Positions 45,886-56,324 of a stretch of 64,000 nucleotides of DNA are shown in pieces. Location of the stretch: NCBI RefSeq assembly GCF_003018255.1, contig NZ_CP027440.1, one strand, 5' to 3'. The position numbers and the translations under genes were made by a program. The notes beneath the pieces are model-generated. The model made no database searches, was not told the DNA's origin, and saw nothing but the letters and a program-made list of their open reading frames with translations. Numbering within the stretch: position 1 is the stretch's first letter; the number at the start of each line of letters is the position of its first letter. Source of the DNA: Escherichia coli (GTDB lineage Bacteria; Pseudomonadota; Gammaproteobacteria; Enterobacterales; Enterobacteriaceae).

Positions 45886-47691
45886 TTACTCATTCCGTAA
45901 CGACTTAATCAGCTCTGTCACGTTCTGCTGTTGCTGCACCAGGAACGCCTCCAGTCCCATTTTCCCCGTCGCGATGTCATCCAGCATTTGCTCCCACAGT
46001 GCAGTGGTGCCTGGATCTTTCAGCGTTTCCGGCAGGGCGTCAATCAGCGTGCTGGCGGTATCCGTTGCCAGCAGGAAACGACGCTGCTTAATCAGATAGC
46101 CGCGCTTAAGGAGCGTCTGGATAATCCCGGCGCGGGTGGCTTCGGTGCCGATGCCCGCGTTTTCTTTCAGCCGCTGTTTCAGGCGTTCATCGCTGACAAA
46201 ACGGGCGGCATTTTTCATCGCGGCAATCAGCGTCCCTTCGGTGTAGTGCTCCGGTGGCTGGGTCTGGCGGGCGCGAACGTCCACCTGTTCCACCTAGCAG
46301 GTTTGTCCCTGTTGCAGGGCGGGAAGTGCCTGCGTTTCTTCCGGTGAGTGCGTTGCCATTTCGCGCAAAAACAGTTGTCGCCAGCCGCTGACAATCACCA
46401 CTGAGCCACGGGCAGTCAGCGTTTCCCCGGCGCAGTTCAGGCGCAGGTCCGTTTTATCCACTTCGTGGTCTGGCAGAAACTGCGCCAGAAAATGGCTGCG
46501 TACCAGGCCGTAGACCTTGCGCTCGCTGTCGTTCATCTGCGTCAGATCTACCGTTTTACGGGTCGGGATGATGCCATGGTGGGCGGTGATTTTGCTGTCG
46601 TCCCACAACCGGGAGCGTTGCTGCAGATTAAGCTGCGTGGCGAGGGGCTGGAGTGAAGCGTCGCTGGCGACCAGCGCCGCCAGAACTTGTGGTGCTTCAT
46701 CGTGCATGGAGAGCGGCAGATAGCCGCAGTCGGTGCGCGGGTAGGTGGTGGCTTTATGGGTTTCATACAGGAGCTGGGCGATATCCAGAACCTCCTGTGC
46801 GCCCATGCCCCACTGTTTTGAGCAGGCCTGCTGCAGGGCGCTGAGAGTGAAGGCCTGCGGTGGCGGCGTTTTCTCCCGCCGGGTTGTCACGTCCATTACC
46901 AGCGCGGTTCCGGCTTGTTGCAGGCGTGCTGTGGCCTCACGGGCGGCGGATTCGCGGATGCAGCGGCTTTCGTCGTCACAGTACGCACTATCCGGCTGCC
47001 ACTGCGCCAGAAAGGAACAACCCTCCGCATGCAAACGGGCATCCACCCGCCACCAGGGGCGGGGCGTGAAGCGGGCGATCTCCCGGTCGCGCTCCACCAC
47101 CAGACGCAGGGTCGGCGTCTGCACCCGGCCCACGGAGAGCACGCCCTTGTGCCGCCGGTTCATTAGCGTGCAGGCGCGGGTCATGTTGATGCCGACCAGC
47201 CAGTCGGTGCGGGCGCGCGCCAGTCCGGCCTGATACAGCGGAAAGGTGCTGTCGCCGGGACGCAGAGTGGCGAGCGCCTTGTGGATACTGGCCTCATCCA
47301 GCGCCGACAGCCACAGCCGCTGGACCGGACCGCGCCAGCGGCATTGTTCCAGAATTTCGCGGGCGATGGTTTCGCCTTCGCGATCGGCGTCGGTGGCAAT
47401 CACCACTGCATCCGCCTGTTTCAGCAGCTTTTCGATGATACGGAACTGCTTATGCACCTCCGGGCGGATCACCAACCGCCATGCCGGGGGAATAAACGGC
47501 AGCTGTTCCGTCCGCCAGTGTTTCAGCGCCGGATCGTAATCCTCCGGCGCGGCCATGCTCAGCAGATGGCCGAAACACCAGGTGATGGTTACGGTGGCGT
47601 TATGCAGGTAGCCGTCGCTGCGGTTATGGGCGTCAAGAATTCGGGCGATGTCGCGTGCCTGAGAGGGTTTTTCGCACAGGTAAAGTTGCAT
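45886..47691 (-). pseudogene. DNA topoisomerase III interrupted by a single in-frame TAG
   Basis: MQLYLCEKPSQARDIA, DADREGE (Toprim), SVGRVQTPTL and TTYPRTDCGYL (catalytic Tyr). The TAG at 46294-46296 separates ..QQGQTC from VEQVDVRARQTQPPEHYTEGTLI.. in the same frame. Confidence 0.85.
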
Positions 47692-47775
47692 GGGCTGTCT
47701 CCGGTGAAAGGGAGTTCAGCATGGTGTGCCGGAGGGATAAGGCGACAGGGGAAACTGGTAGGAGAAGGTAAAAAT

Positions 47776-47823
47776 TGCACCTTAAAACGTGCATTAAGCG
47801 CACAGTGCCTGTTTTAAGGTGCA
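47776..47823 (-). terminator. 13-bp perfect inverted repeat between the 47883 gene and the topoisomerase gene
   Basis: TGCACCTTAAAAC (47776-47788) and GTTTTAAGGTGCA (47811-47823). AATTTTT follows on the minus strand. Confidence 0.5.
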
Positions 47824-47882
47824 TGAGTTAAGTTTAAAATAATCGATAAAGTGACACTCAGGGTTTAACTTTGCGCAAAATT

Positions 47883-48308
47883 TTAAACCAGGGTGGTTAA
47901 CGGTTGTATCCGCCGCAGCATAAACATCACCACTGAAAGCTGCGTATTCAGCACATGCCGCCGCCATTCGAGCGCCATCAGCGCGTCGCGCAGTTCATCG
48001 CTCGCGTCCGGCTGTTGAATGGCCTCTTGCAACGCCACGCTCCCCGAACGGTTGTTGTCCAGATTGCGCCAGCGCAGATAGCTGACGCCGGAGCGCGCCG
48101 GGTTGCTGCACAGAATCAGCGGTACATTACGCCCCGGCAGTTCATACACCGCCTGTTTCAGCACTGGCTGATTTTGTTGCAGCTGCAAGCGCAGCGCCTG
48201 TAATTCCTGTACCAGCGCGCGCAGCTCTCCCTTACCCTTAAAGGCCTTTAAAAGGCCCTTTAGCGAGCTTTTGCGGGCGGAGCGTTCATCATCATCGTCA
48301 TTGAACAT
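47883..48308 (-). CDS. Conserved ICE hypothetical protein
   Basis: 141-aa ORF overlapping the upstream gene by 11 nt. In backbone position. Confidence 0.5.
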   Translation of the reverse strand: MFNDDDDERSARKSSLKGLLKAFKGKGELRALVQELQALRLQLQQNQPVLKQAVYELPGRNVPLILCSNPARSGVSYLRWRNLDNNRSGSVALQEAIQQPDASDELRDALMALEWRRHVLNTQLSVVMFMLRRIQPLTTLV

Positions 48309-48909
48309 CGCGCTGTATCTCCGTAAGCATCTTTTTGGGCAAATTTCCGAGCTTATGCGCCATCGACTGCGCCAGCGGACTGTTCGCCCGCACGTCGGCG
48401 CGAGTCACGCCAGTGGTGCGAAAGCGGTTCACGAAGCTGAACACCTGGAGCATCAGGCGTGGGATGGTGGCAATGAAATCGCGCTTCTCCGCCTGGGTGA
48501 TAAGGCCGAGATGCCAGGCAAGCAGGGTGCGGCGGACCAGCAGATCGTAATCAATCAACTGTTGCAGCAGGCGCGAACCGGGCGGTGAGAATAGCGCCAG
48601 CGGCAGGATGAATTCGGTCGGGGACGGGTTACTGACCTGCGTGGTGTGGATAGCGCCTGGCAGGCTGGCGAAAGCATGGTCCAGACGACGGTTTTTTTGC
48701 TTCAGTAGGTGGGCGATCAGGTTCAGGCGGATGCGCAGTTGCTTCAGCCAGTGGGCGGCCCACGGATCGTCGGCCTCTTCGGCGCGCAGCAGACGCCTGA
48801 GTAACGCCAGACAGAGCAGCATGCCAGTGGGATGCGCCTGCCACAGCCGGGCGGCGACGCGGGTATGCAGGGTGATGCGGATATCGCTGAACAGGGTTGT
48901 GCCAGGCAT
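48298..48909 (-). CDS. Conserved ICE hypothetical protein (PFL_4669/TIGR03761-like)
   Basis: 203-aa ORF. The assignment rests on position and recollection only. Confidence 0.5.
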   Translation of the reverse strand: MPGTTLFSDIRITLHTRVAARLWQAHPTGMLLCLALLRRLLRAEEADDPWAAHWLKQLRIRLNLIAHLLKQKNRRLDHAFASLPGAIHTTQVSNPSPTEFILPLALFSPPGSRLLQQLIDYDLLVRRTLLAWHLGLITQAEKRDFIATIPRLMLQVFSFVNRFRTTGVTRADVRANSPLAQSMAHKLGNLPKKMLTEIQRDVQ

Positions 48910-49042
48910 CGGAAATTCTCCATGGATTCAGATGCCCGCAGTGTCGGTCCGCACAATGAGTCAGGCGACGGGAAACCCATCTGGTCCGCAGAAAGTTAAT
49001 TTCGCCGATGAATGAGGTTTGATTGATAGTTGGTACACCGGC

Positions 49043-49061
49043 TTTATGCGGTGCGCATAAA
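49043..49061. repeat. 19-bp palindrome TTTATGCGGTGCGCATAAA, copy 2
   Basis: Identical to 11374-11392. Lies immediately 3' of the minus-strand gene ending at 49069. Confidence 0.6.
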
Positions 49062-49068
49062 ATCAGGG

Positions 49069-49941
49069 CTATCTGCGCCTGCGCCGAAGCTGATTGAACT
49101 CGCCCCGTCTGGCTTTCTCCAGCGTTGCCAGCAGATAGGCGAGGGGGCGGTGGATATCGTGGGCGGCGATCCGCCACAGGCAGTCGTCCAGCACTTGCTG
49201 GCAGAGAGCGGGATCCAGATTGCGCATCGCGCGTTCTGCGGCGCGGCGCTCGCTGGCGCTGAAGGGATTATCCACAGGCCAGTGCAGGTCTGGCGTACGC
49301 TTTTGATGTTTATTGTTTAAATCTGTACCAGTATGTACGCAATGCGGCTCCGGCTGCCCGCCAGCCCCCGCCACATTACTGAGTCTTAATTGAAGACTCG
49401 GGCATTTTTTACTGAGTCCTCGATTAAGACCAGGGGCGGTCTTCAATGGAGACTCAGTGCAGGTTCGTCCACCGTCCACAGGTTGTTGCAGGGTGAGCAG
49501 CAGCCCGATAGCGATGTTTCGGATGCGTCGGTTGCGGTGGCGGGAACAAGCGGTGAGCAGCGACAGGTATTCACTGTCCATCCGACAGGCATCGGCATGA
49601 GTCAGTGGCGCATCATGCAGGGCGTAGAGGTTGCCGGTGATCCTGCCGCTTTGCTCGTCGCGCAGCCGCTGGCACAGGCTCAGCCAGCGGGTGATCCGCA
49701 GCATCATCAGTGCATTGCTGACGGTACTGCGCGAGGCCTTCTCGCCTTCAGGCTGGTCAGAGAGCCAGCCCTGCAGTTCGTTGTAGGAGGGGAAGACGCC
49801 GCTGCCGTCGTCGCGGGCATGCAGGCGCAGCAGTTGCCACGCGAACTTGTCGCGCGGGGAGAGGTTGCGCGCCAGCAGCAGGCGCTTCGGCACGCTCTGC
49901 TGCGGGTTGCCGAGAAACAGCAGCCGATCGTCACTCTTCAT
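49069..49941 (-). CDS. STY4528-like island replication/regulatory protein
   Basis: 290 aa. N-terminal wHTH-like PRDKFAWQLLRLHARDDG..FPSYNELQGWL..STVSNALMMLRITRWLS. Confidence 0.5.
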   Translation of the reverse strand: MKSDDRLLFLGNPQQSVPKRLLLARNLSPRDKFAWQLLRLHARDDGSGVFPSYNELQGWLSDQPEGEKASRSTVSNALMMLRITRWLSLCQRLRDEQSGRITGNLYALHDAPLTHADACRMDSEYLSLLTACSRHRNRRIRNIAIGLLLTLQQPVDGGRTCTESPLKTAPGLNRGLSKKCPSLQLRLSNVAGAGGQPEPHCVHTGTDLNNKHQKRTPDLHWPVDNPFSASERRAAERAMRNLDPALCQQVLDDCLWRIAAHDIHRPLAYLLATLEKARRGEFNQLRRRRR

Positions 49942-50488
49942 GCAGCAGCTTCTCCTGAGTCCACTGGCGCAGCAGGTTCCAGATGACCGTCAGCGACAGA
50001 TCGTGTTCGCGGGCCATTGCCATCATGGCGGTTAGCGCTTCGGGTGAGTCGAGCTTTTTCACGCCCGTCTTCTGCCACTCGTTCCACACCAGCGTCTCCA
50101 CCTGCTCATCCGGGGCATTGTTGCGCCCCTGGCGGACAAACAGGCCAATCAGCCGCCGCCGGGCACAGACCTCCGGCGTGGAAAGGCCAAAATAGTGGTT
50201 AATGAACTCGATGGACGCGCCGAGCGACAGCGCTTCCTCCAGACGCTGCTGGAACAGCCGCTCCTGCTCCATCCTCGCGAGCATCCGGCCCAGCATCTCG
50301 TGATCAATGTGGGTGGTGATGAACTGCACCGCGCTGTTGCTGAGAAACAGGATGTCGTCGGCGGTAAGGCGCGTCAGCTCGCACAGCTCCTGCGGGCTGA
50401 AGCCGAGCGATTCGCAGTAGCGGATCTGCCCCTCCTTCAGCGCCTGGACGATGTGGGTGAGTACTGCCTGGTTAACTGAGGGTGTCAT
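49931..50488 (-). CDS. Conserved ICE protein (DUF2857-like)
   Basis: 185-aa ORF overlapping both neighbours. Adjacent to parB as in this ICE family. Confidence 0.5.
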   Translation of the reverse strand: MTPSVNQAVLTHIVQALKEGQIRYCESLGFSPQELCELTRLTADDILFLSNSAVQFITTHIDHEMLGRMLARMEQERLFQQRLEEALSLGASIEFINHYFGLSTPEVCARRRLIGLFVRQGRNNAPDEQVETLVWNEWQKTGVKKLDSPEALTAMMAMAREHDLSLTVIWNLLRQWTQEKLLHEE

Positions 50489-51779
50489 GGCGCACCTCCC
50501 GCAGCCGCCGCTGGCGGCACAGGCTAATAAGCTGCATCAGTTGCTGGATCTGAGCGTTGTTGTAGTCCGGCGACAGCAACAATTCGAGGGCGGGCATCGG
50601 CGTACTGGTGTCGCCATTCAGGGCCGCCAGCACCTGATAGCAGCGCTGTGCCGCCGGGTGGGGAAAATCGTGGCAAGGCGCGAGGGTGAAACCGGCCGGA
50701 GCGCTGTCGTCCGGCTGGATACAGGCGTCCAGTCCCCAGCAGGCACACAGCGACTGTGCCGTATGCACCAGCGGTGAGGGCTTTGGCTCATCGGGCGCGG
50801 CGGGTTCAGTCGGTGGCTCAGGCTCTGGTAGTGGTGCTTTTTCCACTTCCGGCGGTGGCGGCCAGAGGACCTTTTCGGCCGGAGGCCCCAGCAGCACCTG
50901 CCGCTTGCTCTGACCGTCAGTCAGTTCCGCCAGCAACGTATTCCAGCTCATGCCGCTGCGACAGCTCATCTCACCGAGCAGTTCGTCCTGCACCAGTTGC
51001 GGTACCACGGCTTCCGGCTCGCCGTTGAAGATGGCGAGGGCGGTGCTGAACAGGTCGGCAAATTCGGGCTGGCGTTCCAGCGGCATCAGCTTTACCCAGA
51101 CCTGTTCTGCTGCGCTGCGTAGTGACAGCAGGCGATCGATAACCTTGCGGGTAAGACCGCCATATAGCGCGTTTGGGATGCAGGGCAGCAGCCAGTCTAC
51201 GGTCTGTAGCATCCGGCTGATTTGCGACTGGCTGACGGGATAGCCGTCGCGGGTGAGTTGTTCCGCCAGCGCCAGCTGCGTCGGGCATTCAATGCCTGCC
51301 TCGAGGTAAAGATCGCGCAGGTGCAGGACCCCTTCCGCCCGTTCGATAAACATCAATCCGTTATGCAGGTCGCTTTCGGCCAGATGGCCGATCAGGCACT
51401 GGACTTCGCCTTGCTGCGGTGACAGCGTTTCCGGCCACGGTCTGAACGGCCAGCAGACGCGGTGGTAACGCTCATCCTGCGTCTCCTGCCACAGTTCATT
51501 GAGGATGGCGAGGCGCGTATTTCCGCCGCTGGCGAGCATATATTTTTCATCACCGGGGCGGCGGGTCAGTACCGGCGGGTTATCCAGCCCACGGGCAAGA
51601 ATTGACGCCTTCAGCACGTCATAGCCGGGGTTGCGGGTGACGCGGGGATTGAGGGAGAACGGCTGGATTTGCTCCAGGCTGACCTGGACCATTTCCTGTT
51701 CTCCGGTATTGCTGGCGCCGTGAAGCCAGCGGTTGAGCAGGTGTGAAGCGCACATAATCTTCCTCCGGCATTCAGACAT
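50472..51779 (-). CDS. ParB-family protein (ICE PFGI-1 class; start may be 51692)
   Basis: VSLEQIQPFSLNPRVTRNPGYDVLKASILARGLDNPPVLTRRPG..YMLASGGNTRLAIL (ParB N-domain) and a Pro/Glu-rich linker. Confidence 0.75.
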   Translation of the reverse strand: MSECRRKIMCASHLLNRWLHGASNTGEQEMVQVSLEQIQPFSLNPRVTRNPGYDVLKASILARGLDNPPVLTRRPGDEKYMLASGGNTRLAILNELWQETQDERYHRVCWPFRPWPETLSPQQGEVQCLIGHLAESDLHNGLMFIERAEGVLHLRDLYLEAGIECPTQLALAEQLTRDGYPVSQSQISRMLQTVDWLLPCIPNALYGGLTRKVIDRLLSLRSAAEQVWVKLMPLERQPEFADLFSTALAIFNGEPEAVVPQLVQDELLGEMSCRSGMSWNTLLAELTDGQSKRQVLLGPPAEKVLWPPPPEVEKAPLPEPEPPTEPAAPDEPKPSPLVHTAQSLCACWGLDACIQPDDSAPAGFTLAPCHDFPHPAAQRCYQVLAALNGDTSTPMPALELLLSPDYNNAQIQQLMQLISLCRQRRLREVRHDTLS

Positions 51780-51972
51780 CGCGGGTAAGCCGGATGCGCT
51801 GGTGGATCCACGCGTCCACCTCGCTTTCCAGCCAGGCGACGTGGCGGCTATTGAGTCGAATGGACGGCGGAAACTGTTGCAGCTGGATTTGTCGATAAAT
51901 CCACGATTTACCGAAGCCGATTTTATCTTCCACCTGGCGTAAGCGTAAAAATCTGTCGCTATTCATAACCAT
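51772..51972 (-). CDS. AlpA-family transcriptional regulator/excisionase-like protein
   Basis: 66 aa. RFLRLRQVEDKIGFGKSWIYRQIQLQQFPPSIRLNSRHVAWLESEVDAWI. Confidence 0.8.
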   Translation of the reverse strand: MVMNSDRFLRLRQVEDKIGFGKSWIYRQIQLQQFPPSIRLNSRHVAWLESEVDAWIHQRIRLTRDV

Positions 51973-52104
51973 TCCTCCTGTGTCCAGATTCGTTCACATC
52001 AGCACGATAGGCGTGGTTATCAAAGCAGCAGCGTCCCTGCCAGGCAGTAAAAATCCTTATCTGGGTTAGTGAGAGTTGTTAGTTGAAAGGGTTAGTTGAT
52101 CGCG

Positions 52105-52995
52105 TTACGGCGGTGCGCCGCGCTGGAGTGCGGTTTTCAACGTCTCGGGGCTCAGCGGCAGGTGCATACCTTCCTCACGCGCCCAGCATTCGAAAATATT
52201 CAGCAGTTTGTAGGGATGCTCCAGCATTTCATCGTCCAGTTGCGGGTTGTGCTTGCAGGCCAGCCACAGCAAACGCGAAAGCGCGGAGGTGATCCGCTCC
52301 TTTGATTCTGGCTGATGACGGGTCAGGAAGGCTTCGAGATGAGTGCGGCGGATGATGAACAGTGCGTCAGGAGGCAGCGTGTCCTGCAGGTAGCAGACGG
52401 ACAGACTGAGCCGGGATTTCAGGTCATTGTGGCCATTACCATATAGCTGGCCAATCAGCAGATGAAGCTCTTCCTGGAGGTTGTTTTGCGTGGCGAGCAG
52501 TTCCAGTAAAAGCTCCCGCAACGATTTGCGGCAACAGAGTTGGTAGTAGCTGTCGTTTTCATCGCAGACCACGATGCCAATCTGGTTGCAGCAATGGGTA
52601 TCATTGGGGCAAGGGCGATTCAACGTTTTCGCCAGTTGCTGGTGGAGCAGCAGGCGCTCAATGCCGATTAACGGCAAATTCCACAGATGGCTGGTGGTCA
52701 GTTGCAGAGTTGGGTCGCGTCTGCACGGCGGCGAGTTTGCCATCACTTTGCGGTTGCCGGGTTTGTTGCACTGCGAAGGTGGAAAAGGAGGCTTACTGAA
52801 TCGGCAGGCAAAGCGGCAAGGCGGATTGAGTGGTCTCAGCAGAACGGGCGAAGGGAAGTAGACCGAGAGCGACAGATCGCCGTGCAGGGCATGGCGGATC
52901 AGGTCGGCGGGCAGCAACGTGATGTTGTGCTGCCGGATGACTTCTGCAGCCTCATCCAGCGTCAGCCACTCTTGGCGAATTTTGTGTGGGGGCAT
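52105..52995 (-). CDS. Hypothetical protein (296 aa), last backbone-orientation gene
   Basis: Long ORF, Cys-rich in the middle. No recognised motif. Confidence 0.5.
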   Translation of the reverse strand: MPPHKIRQEWLTLDEAAEVIRQHNITLLPADLIRHALHGDLSLSVYFPSPVLLRPLNPPCRFACRFSKPPFPPSQCNKPGNRKVMANSPPCRRDPTLQLTTSHLWNLPLIGIERLLLHQQLAKTLNRPCPNDTHCCNQIGIVVCDENDSYYQLCCRKSLRELLLELLATQNNLQEELHLLIGQLYGNGHNDLKSRLSLSVCYLQDTLPPDALFIIRRTHLEAFLTRHQPESKERITSALSRLLWLACKHNPQLDDEMLEHPYKLLNIFECWAREEGMHLPLSPETLKTALQRGAPP

Positions 52996-53171
52996 GGGTA
53001 ACTCCTATTAGTTACATATGATGAGTACTATCTAAAAAAGCCAACTAAAGCGAGGTAAGGTGAGTTCTTTTAACTGGTTGTTTTGTATGTGATCTATTGG
53101 TGTTTTTTTTAGGTTTTTTACTGTTTTATTTAGGAAATCAATGATTACGAATAGGCATAAATATGGTATGA

Positions 53172-53198
53172 TATCCATTAGTATAATATCAATGGATA
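53172..53198. promoter_or_regulatory. Inverted repeat bracketing a TATAAT box upstream of the DUF262 gene
   Basis: TATCCATT (53172-53179) aG TATAAT atc AATGGATA (53191-53198). The ATG is at 53211. Confidence 0.45.
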
Positions 53199-53210
53199 AA
53201 GGCTTCTGTT

Positions 53211-55157
53211 ATGAATTTTGAAGAGCTTATAAATGATATTGAAAGACTCTTAATTGGTAAAGAGTTGCAGTCTATAAATCCTAACACCCCCCCATTATTC
53301 CTTTTAAAAATAGACAGGGATATTGGTAAATATTACGTGTCTGTTTCTTTAAATGCTAAGCCTACGGCAAGGTCAATTTCTGAATTTGAATATATATTTA
53401 ATGACTTACTGCGTAAAGGGTTTTGTAATGTAGATCAGTCATTATATGGTAGCTCTTCAAGCCGTAATCACCCGGAAACAATATTTGCAAACTTGCCTTA
53501 TATTCAATTCTTTAAGTTCAAGAAAAAGAAACATATATTATTACGTAATAAAAATGTACACGAAGCAGGTCAACTTTCTGAATTACAAGGGGCTGAGTCT
53601 CGTGCTATAAGGAAGCAAATAGAAAATTATTTATCTCTAAATTTAAGTGAAATTGCAGAGCAGCAGTTAAAATCGTTGGAAAAAATGTTCGATGCGTATG
53701 ATGCTATTTTAAAAAAATACCCAGGGGATATCCCTGTTATAATGGCTGAGCAAGGCTTGTTGGGATTAAAAAACATTAGCGAAGTACTGATTAATTCTTA
53801 TGTTTCCTTGGATTTTGACAGTAGTGGCGATAAAATAAATAAATTAAGTAAATTTAAACAGGTGGAGTTATTTAAAGAAGATTTATCTTTAGAGGATTTA
53901 ATTGAGTCCCCTGAGATAAGTGGAGTTGATTCAGGTGATAAGAATATTGAGGAACAATCGGAATCAGAATTAGCACCTGAGCAAAAACGTACGGGCATTG
54001 CAAAAATGCTTATGACTACACCAGTTTTAACACTAATTTTTGATCGTGTAAGATATGATGAAATTGAGTTACAACCTGACTTTCAGAGAAAAGACCGAAT
54101 TTGGCCTGACGACAAAAAGTCAAAACTTATTGAATCAATATTAATGAAGCTTCCATTACCGGGGTTTTACTTTGGTGAAAAGCCAAACGGTAACTGGGTA
54201 GTTATTGATGGCCTTCAAAGAACGACTACAATTTGTGATTATATGAGTGGTCATTTCTCATTGAAAGGGCTCTCTATTTTAGAGCACTTAAATGGAAAGA
54301 GTTTTAAAGATCTTACTCGAACCGAGCAACGAGACATTAGAGAGTATCAAATTACGGCTTACCAAATAGAACTAAATGATGATAGTTCTGAATTGGTTGT
54401 AGAACTATTCCATAGAATAAACACTTATGGTGTAAAGTTAAGTAGTCAAGAAATAAGATCTGCACTTAATAAAGGCAATAGCGTAACCTTTTTACGTTAT
54501 TTAGCTTCATTAGAAACGTTCAAAAAAGCGACGCAATTTAAAGTAAAGCCGGACAGGCAAAAAGATATGGAGCTCTGTTTGTCCGCTCTTGCTTTTATGG
54601 TACTTGGTTATAATAACTATGGCCAACATTCGTATGATCATTTTTTATGTAGTGCAATGCAGAAGCTAAATAATTATCCATTAAGCATCATTAATAAAGA
54701 AGAGATTGATGCTGGAACAGCTCTTATTTCTCCTTCAAGTGAAGTCTTTTTAACTTTATATTCAAAATATAATCAGGCTTTAATCTTAGCAAATGAAGTT
54801 TTTGGTGAAATAGCTTTTTCAAAAGATCCGGAAAATAAAAAATCACCTATTAATAAACAACTCTTTGAGTTAATTGTTACTGTTTTCTCTGTATTTGACT
54901 CACATCAAAAGGAGATGATGTTAGCTAATGGTGATAAATTTATTGATAGCTTATACTTGGCTATTGAGGAGAATAGTAGTCGATATGCTAAGTGGGAGTC
55001 TGATACATATGAAAAGGACGATAGAGGATTTAGAGACTCAATATCTACTTCGACAGGTAAAAGAATATCTGTTGTATATCGATTTGATGCTTTTTTAAAT
55101 ATCCTTGGAAAAAGCACAGGAATAACTATTGATAGTAAATTATTACAGGGGGAGTGA
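53211..55157 (+). CDS. DUF262 (ParB-like NTPase/nuclease superfamily) protein with an unknown ~285-aa N-terminal region
   Basis: 648 aa. LQPDFQRKDRIWPDDKKSKLIESILMKLPLPGFYFGEKPNGNWVVIDGLQRTTTI matches the DUF262 FQR...W / DGQQR core. Confidence 0.8.
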   Translation: MNFEELINDIERLLIGKELQSINPNTPPLFLLKIDRDIGKYYVSVSLNAKPTARSISEFEYIFNDLLRKGFCNVDQSLYGSSSSRNHPETIFANLPYIQFFKFKKKKHILLRNKNVHEAGQLSELQGAESRAIRKQIENYLSLNLSEIAEQQLKSLEKMFDAYDAILKKYPGDIPVIMAEQGLLGLKNISEVLINSYVSLDFDSSGDKINKLSKFKQVELFKEDLSLEDLIESPEISGVDSGDKNIEEQSESELAPEQKRTGIAKMLMTTPVLTLIFDRVRYDEIELQPDFQRKDRIWPDDKKSKLIESILMKLPLPGFYFGEKPNGNWVVIDGLQRTTTICDYMSGHFSLKGLSILEHLNGKSFKDLTRTEQRDIREYQITAYQIELNDDSSELVVELFHRINTYGVKLSSQEIRSALNKGNSVTFLRYLASLETFKKATQFKVKPDRQKDMELCLSALAFMVLGYNNYGQHSYDHFLCSAMQKLNNYPLSIINKEEIDAGTALISPSSEVFLTLYSKYNQALILANEVFGEIAFSKDPENKKSPINKQLFELIVTVFSVFDSHQKEMMLANGDKFIDSLYLAIEENSSRYAKWESDTYEKDDRGFRDSISTSTGKRISVVYRFDAFLNILGKSTGITIDSKLLQGE

Positions 55158-56305
55158 TGAAAAAAATTACGTCTTTAACATTAAAAAATTTCAAAGCTTA
55201 TAAAGAACAGAGTTTTGATTTTAGTAATTTAACTGTATTTTGCGGTAATAATTCTGTTGGTAAAAGTACGGCTATTCAAGCTATCGGTATGTTTCTCCAA
55301 TCAGATATGAATGGTAACAGTAATCTAAAAATAAATGGCGATTTAGTTCATGTCGGAGACTTCGACGATATTCATAATTTCAGTATGCGTGAGGATGATG
55401 TTTTATATTTAAAATATACATTTGAAGACGATACGGCTTGCTGGGGATATGGTATAGAAGAAGGGGATGCTAGAGAAGAACTTTCTAGGAAAAATGAATT
55501 ACCTTTTATTGGGTGTGATAAACAATTAAGAACTATAACAAACTCACTTAAAGATAACTTTTCATTCCAATATTTGGAAGCGGAGAGATTTGGTCCAAGA
55601 GATAATATTCCATTATCACAGCACAATTATCATGAAGGTTGGCTTGGGAAAAATGGGGAACATACAATTGAAGTTCTTGAGAGTTTGGTCACAAGGAGGC
55701 GTTTAAATTTTTCTGCTCAAGAGGATCCTAGGAAACATGAAGGAATTATTAATAATAATGTTTTCAATCATATTGAAGCATGGATGTCTGAGATTTCACC
55801 AGGGCATCGTATCTCACCTAGAATTGAGGCTAGGGCGAATGTTGCATTTAATGTCATAATCCCTTCACCTGGACAATTAACGAAACCTATTAACATAGGA
55901 TTTGGATTTAGTTATGCTCTTAGTATTGTCACTGCTTTAATGCTGGCATCAAAAAATGAACTCGTTATTATTGAAAATCCTGAGGCTCATCTACATCCAA
56001 GAGGTCAAAGCTATTTAGGACGACTTATTGCTTTATCAGCAAAAGCAGGGATCCAGGTTATTATTGAGACTCATAGTGATCATCTTCTTAATGGCATAAG
56101 AGTAATTGCACGCACAGATCCAACTTTTGATGCTTCTCTTTTTACTCTTTACTATATTTCACGAGAAAATGATGAAACATCTGTCGCCAAAATAAAAATA
56201 AATAATGAAGGGAAACTTTCCGAATGGCCTAGAGGGTTCTTTGATCAACAATCACAGGATATGTATACGATAATGACAGGCTCTTTTGATCATCCCAATA
56301 TTTAA
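55157..56305 (+). CDS. AAA/ABC-type ATPase with a DUF3696-like C-terminus
   Basis: Walker A FCGNNSVGKST, Walker B-region LVIIENPEAHLHP, H-loop IIETHSDHLL and C-terminal LSEWPRGFFDQ. Its ATG overlaps the upstream TGA (TGATG). Confidence 0.85.
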   Translation: MKKITSLTLKNFKAYKEQSFDFSNLTVFCGNNSVGKSTAIQAIGMFLQSDMNGNSNLKINGDLVHVGDFDDIHNFSMREDDVLYLKYTFEDDTACWGYGIEEGDAREELSRKNELPFIGCDKQLRTITNSLKDNFSFQYLEAERFGPRDNIPLSQHNYHEGWLGKNGEHTIEVLESLVTRRRLNFSAQEDPRKHEGIINNNVFNHIEAWMSEISPGHRISPRIEARANVAFNVIIPSPGQLTKPINIGFGFSYALSIVTALMLASKNELVIIENPEAHLHPRGQSYLGRLIALSAKAGIQVIIETHSDHLLNGIRVIARTDPTFDASLFTLYYISRENDETSVAKIKINNEGKLSEWPRGFFDQQSQDMYTIMTGSFDHPNI

Positions 56306-56324
56306 TATTGTAGGGACATATAAA

